From Clostridia bacterium (GTDB lineage Bacteria > Bacillota > Clostridia > Christensenellales > Aristaeellaceae), in NCBI GenBank assembly GCA_045599485.1, contig JAZRWA010000019.1, positions 1-21,249 of the forward strand: 21,249 nucleotides of DNA, in the 5' to 3' direction. Position 1 is the first letter of the stretch; the number at the start of each line of letters is the position of its first letter. Position numbers and translations under genes: made by a program. Below, piece by piece: positions 8,943 to 15,928 of the stretch. Under the pieces are notes generated by a model. The model did no database searches, was not told where the DNA came from, and saw only the letters and a program-made list of their open reading frames with translations.

Positions 8943-8951
8943 TGCTATAAT
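8943..8951 (+). promoter_or_regulatory. Possible extended -10 promoter element (TGcTATAAT) ahead of the DUF1648/SDR pair
   Basis: TATAAT at 8946-8951 with TG at 8943-8944, about 35 nt upstream of the GTG start. No good -35 element is seen. Confidence 0.3.
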
Positions 8952-8984
8952 GCCTTGTGAAACAACCGCAAGGAGGGATCGGCC

Positions 8985-9497
8985 GTGAAGAGGGAACGAA
9001 AGCCCTATATTACCGAAGGGCATCTGCTGCTGGAGAGGATTGCTTACCTGCTGCTGCTTGGCGCGTTTGCGGTATGCGTGGAGAAGGCGATCATATCCCC
9101 GGGAACGATCGCCACGCACTTTGATTTGTACGGTCAGCCGGATGGATACGGCTCCCCGTGGGTGATGCTGATCCTGCCGGCGGTCATGCTGGCGGTGAAC
9201 GGACTGATCAGTGTGCTGATCCGCAGGGTTCCGCCTGAAAAGATGAACATGCCCTTTGAACTGAAGCGGGAAAACACCGATAAGGTCATGACCGCGTTCA
9301 CCGGGATGCTGTTTGTGATGGAGGCGGAAATGGCCGTTTTCGCCTTTGCGGAAACGCTCCTTTGGGCCAACGGAAGAAGCAGCCTCTGGAATGCTGTATT
9401 GCTGACGGCGGCGATGCTGCTGACGACGGTGCTGGGCACCGTTCGCGCAGTCAGGGCAAACAAAGCTTCGCAGAGGGAGGAGAGCCATGGAGTTTGA
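8985..9497 (+). CDS. DUF1648-type integral membrane protein
   Basis: GTG start with RBS AAGGAGGG at 8970-8977. The motif IATHFDLYGQPDGYGSPW after the first TM helix matches my recollection of the DUF1648 signature. About four hydrophobic helices. TGA stop. Confidence 0.7.
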   Translation: MKRERKPYITEGHLLLERIAYLLLLGAFAVCVEKAIISPGTIATHFDLYGQPDGYGSPWVMLILPAVMLAVNGLISVLIRRVPPEKMNMPFELKRENTDKVMTAFTGMLFVMEAEMAVFAFAETLLWANGRSSLWNAVLLTAAMLLTTVLGTVRAVRANKASQREESHGV

Positions 9498-10197
9498 AGG
9501 CAAGATTGCCGTTGTGACCGGCGGCGCGCACGGCATCGGACAGGCTGTTGCACAGGAATTCAAACGGCTTGGCGCGACGGTGCATGTGATCGACATCGAT
9601 CGGGGAGCGCATTATGAGGGCGATATCAGCCGTAAAGAAGTGCTGGAGGCCTTTGCCGCGGACGTGATCGAAAAGCACGGGCATGTGGATTATCTGGTGA
9701 ACAATGCAAAGCCGCTGATGAAGGGCCTGGACGAGTGCAGCTGGGAGGAGTTTCAATACGCGTTGTCCGTTGGCGTGACGGCACCGTTTTATCTGACAAA
9801 ACTGCTGGTACCGTATTTTGCGCCGGGGGCGGCGGTGGTCAACATCTCTTCCTCCCGGGATCGCATGAGTCAGCCGCAGACGGAAAGCTATACAGCGGCC
9901 AAAGGCGGCATTGCCTCGCTGACGCATGCGCTGGCGGTCAGCCTGAGCGGCAAGGTGCGGGTCAATTCGATCTCGCCGGGCTGGATCGACACGGATTATA
10001 CCGTCTATGACGGACCGGATGCCTCGCAGCAGCCTGCGGGACGCGTGGGAAACCCGATGGACATTGCTCACATGGTGATGTTCCTCTGTTCGGAGAAGGC
10101 GGGCTTTATCACCGGCGAAAACATCTGCGTTGACGGCGGCATGACGAAGCTGATGATCTATCATAACGATTGCGGCTGGAAGCTGGAGCAGGAATAA
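9487..10197 (+). CDS. Short-chain dehydrogenase/reductase (SDR) family oxidoreductase
   Basis: Cofactor motif VTGGAHGIG, NNA motif, catalytic S...YTAAKGG (YxxxK), and ISPGWIDT. It overlaps the upstream gene by 11 nt. TAA stop. Confidence 0.9.
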   Translation: MEFEGKIAVVTGGAHGIGQAVAQEFKRLGATVHVIDIDRGAHYEGDISRKEVLEAFAADVIEKHGHVDYLVNNAKPLMKGLDECSWEEFQYALSVGVTAPFYLTKLLVPYFAPGAAVVNISSSRDRMSQPQTESYTAAKGGIASLTHALAVSLSGKVRVNSISPGWIDTDYTVYDGPDASQQPAGRVGNPMDIAHMVMFLCSEKAGFITGENICVDGGMTKLMIYHNDCGWKLEQE

Positions 10198-10217
10198 AGT
10201 CTTGAACAAATCAATCC

Positions 10218-10255
10218 CCCATGTGCGGATCACATGATCGGCACATGGGTTTTTT
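10218..10255 (+). terminator. Rho-independent terminator after the SDR gene
   Basis: CCCATGTGC (10218-10226) pairs with GCACATGGG (10241-10249). An inner GATC/GATC extension lengthens the stem. A T6 run follows at 10250-10255. Confidence 0.75.
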
Positions 10256-10351
10256 CAGTTTAAAAAGGCATCCGGTCTCAGAATATTGCGAAACAGGAAA
10301 GAAATGGATATAATAAAGATACAGAACAGACCTTTGGAAGGAGCAATATCC

Positions 10352-11485
10352 ATGAAATTGATCCATATTGCCGATCTGCATCTGGGCAAACAGATAGGAG
10401 ACCGACTGATTCTGGAAGAACAGGAAGCGGTGCTGCAGCAGATCATCAGCATTGCGAAGGATGAAAAAGCCGACGGCGTGCTGATCGCGGGGGACGTATA
10501 TCAGCGTTCTGCCCCGCAGGCGGAAGCCATGACGGTGTTTGATCGCTTTGTGTCGCAGATCGTGGAGCTTGGGAAAAAGGTGTTCATCATCAGCGGCAAC
10601 CATGACTCGGCACAGCGTATCTCCTATTTCTCAGCGCTGGTCAGAAATGCCGGGGTGTATGTGACGGAAACGTTTGATGGTCATCTGCAGCATGTGACGC
10701 TCAAGGACAGGGACGGCGAGCTGAATGTGTGGCTGATGCCGTTTTTGCGCCCGACACAGGTGAAGCGGCTGCTGCCGGAGGCAAAGATCGTCAGCTATCA
10801 GGACGCTGTCGCGGCGGTGCTGGAGGCCACAGAGATCGATTTTTCCAAGCGAAATGTGCTATTGTGTCATCAGTTCATCAGCGGCTGCGAGACGACCGGC
10901 GATGAAGAAAAGGCCGTCGGCGGTCTGGACCAGATCGACGGACGGGTGCTGGACGGATTTGACTATGTGGCATTGGGACATATCCACGGACCGCAGCGCG
11001 TGCTGCGGGAAACGATGCGCTATGCCGGCTCGCCGCTGAAGTATTCATTCTCCGAGGCGCGGCATAAAAAATCGGTCACGGTGGTTGAACTGCAGGAAAA
11101 GGGAGAGGTCAGGGTGAAGACTGTTCCCCTCTATCCGCTGCACGATGTGAGACTGGTGGAGGGAATGCTGGCGGATGTGATGAAAATGGACTATTCCGAT
11201 GATTTTGTGTGGGTCACCATCCATGACGAGCTGCCGCCCCCTGATGCCAAGGTGAGCATTACCAATGTGTTCCCCAACATGCTCAAGTTTTCGGTCGTCA
11301 ACAGCCGAACCAAGTATGATATGGATGTGCAGGCACTGCATGCGATGGAAAACAAACAGGCCATCGAGCTGTTCTGCGACTTCTATCGCCTGCAGAACAA
11401 TGATCAGCTGCCCAATGAAACACAGATGAAGATCCTTGAAAAAATCACCCGGGAACTGGAGATGAAGCCCGATGAAACCCTGTAA
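10352..11485 (+). CDS. sbcD: Exonuclease SbcD (Mre11-family nuclease subunit)
   Basis: ATG at 10352 with RBS GGAAGGAG and an 8-nt spacer. The track start at 10286 has no RBS. Metallophosphoesterase motifs are present: IHIADLHLG, AGDVYQR, SGNHD, LGHIHG. TAA stop. Confidence 0.9.
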   Translation: MKLIHIADLHLGKQIGDRLILEEQEAVLQQIISIAKDEKADGVLIAGDVYQRSAPQAEAMTVFDRFVSQIVELGKKVFIISGNHDSAQRISYFSALVRNAGVYVTETFDGHLQHVTLKDRDGELNVWLMPFLRPTQVKRLLPEAKIVSYQDAVAAVLEATEIDFSKRNVLLCHQFISGCETTGDEEKAVGGLDQIDGRVLDGFDYVALGHIHGPQRVLRETMRYAGSPLKYSFSEARHKKSVTVVELQEKGEVRVKTVPLYPLHDVRLVEGMLADVMKMDYSDDFVWVTIHDELPPPDAKVSITNVFPNMLKFSVVNSRTKYDMDVQALHAMENKQAIELFCDFYRLQNNDQLPNETQMKILEKITRELEMKPDETL

Positions 11486-14102
11486 GCTGGTCATGTCGGC
11501 CTTTGGCCCTTATGCCGGAAGGACGGAGATCGATTTTACCCTGTTGGGCGAAAACGGGCTGTTTTTGATCGCCGGCGATACGGGCGCGGGAAAAACAACG
11601 ATTTTTGACGCCATGAGCTTCGCCCAGTACGGCGAGGCGGCGGGCGGCAAAGAGAGAAGAAAAAGCAAATCCTTCCGTTCGGATTATGCCTCTCCCACAA
11701 CGGAGACCTGGGTGGATTTTACCTTTACGCACCGGGGAGAAACATGGCGCATCAAGCGCAGCCCGGAATATACCCGCCCCAAAAAGTCCGGCGAGGGCAT
11801 GACAACGCAGCCCGCTGAAGCCGAGATGGAGTGCGCCGAAACGGGAGAGAGTTACTATGGCCTCGGCGACGTCAACCGTCAGGCACAGGAACTGATCGGC
11901 CTGACGCAGGATCAGTTTACGCAGACGGTCATGATCGCGCAGGGGGATTTTCTCAAGATCCTCAACGCCGATTCCAAGGATCGCAAGGCGCTGTTTCAGA
12001 AGCTGTTCAATACGGAAATGTATGACAGGATCCGTGAGAAGCTGAAGGACATGGAACGTGAATGCAATGACGAGCGGGCGGATCTGGAAAAGCGGATCGA
12101 GGTGGCACAGGGGAAGATCGTACCCGATGCGGATTTTGCCGAAAGAGAGCTGCTGCAGCTGTATTGCACGGAGCCCAAATATGCAGCGCTGCTGCTGGAA
12201 GTGCTGGGACGCCAGATCGAACAGGAAAAGCAGGGGAAAAAGAAAGCTTCGGATGAAAAGGATCACGCGCTTCAGTGCCTGAATGAGGCCCTTGTGAGGC
12301 AGGAAGCGGGAAAAAGTCTGAACAGGCGGTTTGAAGAACAGGCCGCCTGCAGAGAAGAACTGAACCACCTGACGGCACAGCGGGAAGACGTGGAAGAGAA
12401 AAAACAGCGGCTGTAGATCGCGCGCAGGGCATAGAAACTGGTGCCCGCCGCCGCCCTGCTGAAGCGGACGGAGGAGCAGCTGGAAACGCAGCGGCGTCAG
12501 CTGGAAACATAGCTGCAGCGGCAGAAACAGGCGGCGGAAGCACTGAAGCCGGCGGAGGACCGCCTGCAGGAAGCGCTCAGCCATCAGGAGGAAGCAGCGG
12601 AGCTGCAGCAGAAGGCCAGACAGCTGAAGGAAACGGTGCCCGTGCTGAAGGAATTGACCGCAAAACTGCGTGAGCAGCAGCTGCTTCAGAAAAAGGTATC
12701 GGAGCTGACGGAGAAGAGCACGGCGGCGGATCGGGCGTATACCGCTGCAAAGGAGCAGTATTATCTGAGCCAGGCGGGACTGCTGGCGGCTGAACTGCGT
12801 GCGGGCAAGCCCTGCCCTGTGTGCGGCGCGGTGGAGCATCCGGCACCGGCGGCGCTTTCTTCGGCCGCGGTGACCGCCGAACAGCTGGATGCCGCGGATC
12901 AGAACCGCCGTCAGGCGGAAAAAGCGCTGCAGGATACGAACAACGCGCTGACGGAGATCAAGGGAAAAATCGACGCGGCCCGCGAAAAGCTGACGCAGCT
13001 GCATATTGCTGAGGAGGAAACGGAGCGCACCGTGCAGCAGAAGGCGCGTGCAGCGGAGGCTCAGGCGAAGGCGTATCTGGATGACATCGAAACGAGCCGC
13101 GAAGCGGTGGAGCAGACCAGGGAGCAGCAGTCGAAGAGCGCCGGCGCGGCAGAGAAGCTGCGGCAGGGTCTTGAGGAGCTGGAGAAGCAGCGGACAGAAC
13201 AGCAAAGCGGCTTTGAGGCTGGACTGCGGACATGCGGCTTTGAGAATGCCCGGGCGTTTGAAATGGCGAGGATGCCCGAAAACGAGATGGGCCGCATGGA
13301 GAAGGCGGTGCGGGAATACGGTGAACAGCTGCGTTCCCAGTCCGACCGCGCGGAAAGGCTGGCGGCGGAGCTGAAGGACAAGCAGCCTGCCGATCTGGAT
13401 AGCCTGCAGAAGCTGTGCGACGACCTTCAAAAAGCACACAAGGCCGCGGAATCGGCCGAACAAGCGTATGATAAGAAGCTTGTGATGCATGAGGACGCGC
13501 GCAAGGAGATTGAAAAAGCCCTCAAACAGCGCGAACGCCGTCAGAATCACTGGGCGGCGGTGCATGACCTGTATACCTGCTGCGCCGGTCAGACAGCAGG
13601 CAGCCGCAGGGCGAAGCTGACCTTTGAGGCCTATGTGCAGCAGTACTATTTCAAGCAGGTGGTGACGGCGGCCAATCTGCGCCTGAAGGTGCTGACGGAC
13701 GGCATGTTCCACCTGCGCTGCAAGGAGGAAGCCGAGGACCGTGTGCATCAGAGCGGCCTGGACCTGGATGTGCATGACAGCAGCACGGGGCAGTGGCGTG
13801 ATGTTTCGACCCTGTCGGGCGGTGAATCCTTCCTGGCAAGCCTGGCGCTGGCACTGGGGCTTTCCGATGTGGTGCAGGGACAGAGCGGTGCCATCCGCAT
13901 GGAAGCCATGTTTATTGATGAGGGCTTTGGCACGCTGGATGATAACGCGCTGCGCAATTCCCTCCGTGTGCTGGATGATCTGGCGGACGGCAAGCGTCTG
14001 GTGGGCATCATCAGCCATGTGCATGAACTGGAAGAGAAGATCGACAAACAGATCGTCGTCAGCAAGACACCCGGCGGCTCGAAGGTTACCGTGGTGGTGT
14101 GA
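11472..14102 (+). CDS. sbcC: Exonuclease SbcC (Rad50/SMC-like ATPase), one reading frame interrupted by three in-frame TAG codons (12414-12416, 12432-12434, 12510-12512). It is either recoded/suppressed or a pseudogene.
   Basis: Track ORFs 11472..12416 and 12636..14102 share a frame (both starts are divisible by 3). The 219-nt gap translates as continuous coiled coil with no TGA, no TAA and no indel. N-terminal Walker A is IAGDTGAGKTT. The zinc hook CPVC is at 12813-12824. The ABC signature is LSGGESF, Walker B is MFIDEGFGTLD, and the H-loop is ISHV. The ATG overlaps the sbcD end by 14 nt. TGA stop. Confidence 0.8.
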
Positions 14103-14164
14103 CAGCCCCCCTGATTTGAATACATATTCCCTGCATTTTTGATACATATTCTATTCCTTTGCGC

Positions 14165-14193
14165 TTGACAGGGGAAAAGGGAGAGAGTACAAT
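14165..14193 (+). promoter_or_regulatory. Sigma-A type promoter of the Fe-ADH/G1PDH-like gene
   Basis: TTGACA at 14165-14170, an exact 17-nt spacer, and TACAAT at 14188-14193. Confidence 0.65.
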
Positions 14194-14246
14194 AGAATGT
14201 GGTATCAGTCCGGTTTTATTCCGTATTGTACCCAAGAAAGGATGGA

Positions 14247-15602
14247 ATGAACAAAATGATTCATTTTGCCGATGCTGATTTGAAGACCCTGATCGCGCCC
14301 GAAGGCCATGCGTGCGCCTGCGGCCGCACCCACTCCATGGTGATGGATTACGTTTCGATCTGCCCCGGCGCTGTCAAGGAGATCCCTGCCGGCCTGAAGG
14401 CGATCGGCGGCACAAAACCCTTTATTGTTTGCGATGAGAATACCAAAGCCGCAGCGTGGCCCTTTGTGGAACCTGTGCTGGCCGCTGCAGGCATCAACTA
14501 CAGCCTGTACTGTTTCCCCGGCGCGCACATCGAGCCCGATGAGCAGGCGATGGGCTCCCTCGCCATGGCCTATGATCCCAGCTGCGACTGCATCATGGGC
14601 ATCGGCTCCGGCGTGATTAACGACTGCTGCAAGATCATGGCCAAGATCACCGGTCACAAGCAGATGATCGTGGGCACCGCGCCCTCCATGGACGGCTATG
14701 CCAGCAACTCCTCCGCCATGATCCGTGACCGCATCAAGGTATCCATTTACGATCCCTCTCCCGCGGCCATCATCTGCGACATCGATATCATCAAGAACGC
14801 GCCCATGCGCATGCTGTGGGCCGGCTTCGGCGATATGCTGGCCAAGTACATCGCCATCTGCGAGTGGCGCATCAGCAACCTGGTGACGGGCGAATACTAT
14901 TGCGAGAACATCGCCGATCTGATGCGTGCCAGCCTGCGCAAGATCGTGGAGAACGCTCCCCAGCTCAAGACCCGTGACGAAAAGGCCGTGCAGGCCACCG
15001 TGGAGGGTCTGGTGCTCAGCGGTGTGGCCATGAGCTACGCCGGCATCTCCCGCCCCGCCAGCGGTCTGGAGCATTACTTCAGCCATCTGTGGGAAATGAT
15101 GGCTCTCGACCGCGGCAACAGCTATGAGCTGCACGGCATTCAGGTGGGCGTGGGCACGCTGATCACCCTGAAGCTGTATGACAAGATCCGTGAGATGAAG
15201 CCCAGCCGTGAGACGGCCGAGAAGTTTATCACCGATTTCTGCGATGAAGAGTGGCAGAAGATGATCCGCCGTATCTTTGGCAAGGCTGCCGAGACCGTCA
15301 TCATGCAGGAGCATAACCAGTTCCACAAGAATGACAAGACCCGCCATGCCGCCCGCCTGACCAACATTCTGGAAAACTGGGATGAGATCCTCAAGATCAT
15401 CGATGAGGAGCTGCCGGACCGTGAGGCCATTGCCGCCATCATGAAGGGCCTGGAGATGCCCATGACGCCCGAAGACATCAACATCAGCTGGGAAGATACC
15501 TGCGACGCCTTCATCGGCAGCCGCGACATTCGCGACAAGTACCTGTCCAGCAGCATGCTGTGGGACATGGGCGTGCTGTACACCACCGAGTTGCCTAAGT
15601 AA
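14247..15602 (+). CDS. Iron-containing alcohol dehydrogenase superfamily protein, sn-glycerol-1-phosphate dehydrogenase-like (AraM/EgsA-type)
   Basis: Motifs GIGSGVINDCCK, VGTAPSMDGYASNS, AGFGDMLAK and LEHYFSHLWE (metal-binding His) match my recollection of the G1PDH-like subfamily. The start is ATG 14247 (MNKMIHF), with 14256 as an alternative. The track start at 14199 lies too close to the promoter at 14165-14193 to be the real start. TAA stop. Confidence 0.7.
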   Translation: MNKMIHFADADLKTLIAPEGHACACGRTHSMVMDYVSICPGAVKEIPAGLKAIGGTKPFIVCDENTKAAAWPFVEPVLAAAGINYSLYCFPGAHIEPDEQAMGSLAMAYDPSCDCIMGIGSGVINDCCKIMAKITGHKQMIVGTAPSMDGYASNSSAMIRDRIKVSIYDPSPAAIICDIDIIKNAPMRMLWAGFGDMLAKYIAICEWRISNLVTGEYYCENIADLMRASLRKIVENAPQLKTRDEKAVQATVEGLVLSGVAMSYAGISRPASGLEHYFSHLWEMMALDRGNSYELHGIQVGVGTLITLKLYDKIREMKPSRETAEKFITDFCDEEWQKMIRRIFGKAAETVIMQEHNQFHKNDKTRHAARLTNILENWDEILKIIDEELPDREAIAAIMKGLEMPMTPEDINISWEDTCDAFIGSRDIRDKYLSSSMLWDMGVLYTTELPK

Positions 15603-15610
15603 ACGAGAAC

Positions 15611-15770
15611 GGGTTTTTAAAGGGGAACCACGCTTTCCGAAGCCGGAAAGCATGGTTCCCCTTTTGATCCCCTCCGAGAAAGCAAGAGTTTTTGAAAGGG
15701 GAGAAGTACGCTTTTCGATGCCGAAAAGCATACTTCTCCCCTTTGACCCCTCTTGGAGAAAAGGCAGGTA
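15611..15770. repeat. Tandem duplication of a unit of about 77-80 bp; each copy carries a long palindromic hairpin (hairpin A 15622-15661, hairpin B 15698-15741)
   Basis: Unit 1 is GTTTTTAAAGGGGA..TCCCCTTTTGATCCCCTCCGAGAAAGCAAGAG. Unit 2 is GTTTTTGAAAGGGGA..TCCCCTTTGACCCCTCTTGGAGAAAAGGCAGG. The inner stems are conserved (ACGCTTTyCG / CGrAAAGCAT). The outer stems differ but stay complementary. Confidence 0.8.
15619..15665 (+). terminator. Hairpin A: an 18-bp stem, probably a bidirectional intrinsic terminator after the Fe-ADH gene
   Basis: GGGGAACCACGCTTTCCG (15622-15639), loop AAGC, CGGAAAGCATGGTTCCCC (15644-15661). It is flanked by AAA on the 5' side and TTTT on the 3' side. There is one C.A mismatch (15631/15652). 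Confidence 0.65.
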
Positions 15771-15784
15771 TTTTCGCACGGAAA

Positions 15785-15835
15785 AACACCCTTGCACATT
15801 TGTCTGGCGTCTACAGCCAACCGTGCAAGGGTGTT
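15785..15835. repeat. Inverted repeat: a 13-bp stem with a 25-nt loop
   Basis: AACACCCTTGCAC (15785-15797) is the exact reverse complement of GTGCAAGGGTGTT (15823-15835). Confidence 0.7.
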
Positions 15836-15873
15836 ATTGTGTTGAAATTTGATTGCTTTTTCTCGGAAGGCTT

Positions 15874-15910
15874 GGAAACCATGCTTTTTGGCACAAAAAG
15901 CGTGGTTTCC
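15874..15910. repeat. Hairpin C: an inverted-orientation member of the same palindrome family, 18 nt downstream of the fumC stop
   Basis: GGAAACCATGCTTTTTG (15874-15890), loop GCA, CAAAAAGCGTGGTTTCC (15894-15910). It has a 17-bp stem with one T/G pair. The arms resemble the reverse complement of hairpin A. Confidence 0.75.
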
Positions 15911-15928
15911 AACGGATCTCTTTTCCTG

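Noticed and set aside
1161-12512. Pyrrolysine or selenocysteine insertion as the specific explanation for the in-frame stops
   Set aside because: Selenocysteine uses TGA, not TAG. For pyrrolysine, the affected genes are not methylamine methyltransferases, no pyl genes lie in this window, and I see no common downstream stem-loop. Pyrrolysine cannot be excluded without the whole genome, but nothing here favours it over Gln-type suppression.
11472-14102. Reading sbcC as two separate functional genes (11472..12416 and 12636..14102)
   Set aside because: The split would separate the N-terminal ATPase lobe from the coiled-coil arm, the hook and the C-terminal lobe. The intervening 219 nt is in frame and coiled-coil-like. 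The GTG at 12636 is just an internal Val codon. Either TAG read-through or a pseudogene explains this better.
11445-14147. 900-aa ORF on the minus strand spanning all of sbcC
   Set aside because: It is antisense to a CAG/CTG/GAG-rich coiled-coil gene, so the complementary frame is naturally stop-free. Its sequence is low-complexity (L/R/Q/H) and it has no RBS. SbcC motifs on the plus strand explain the region.
15611-15910. Possible CRISPR array, because of the repeated palindromic units
   Set aside because: There are only three related copies and one is inverted. Spacing is irregular, there are no unique spacers of uniform length, and there are no cas genes. The structure fits terminator/REP-like palindromes instead.
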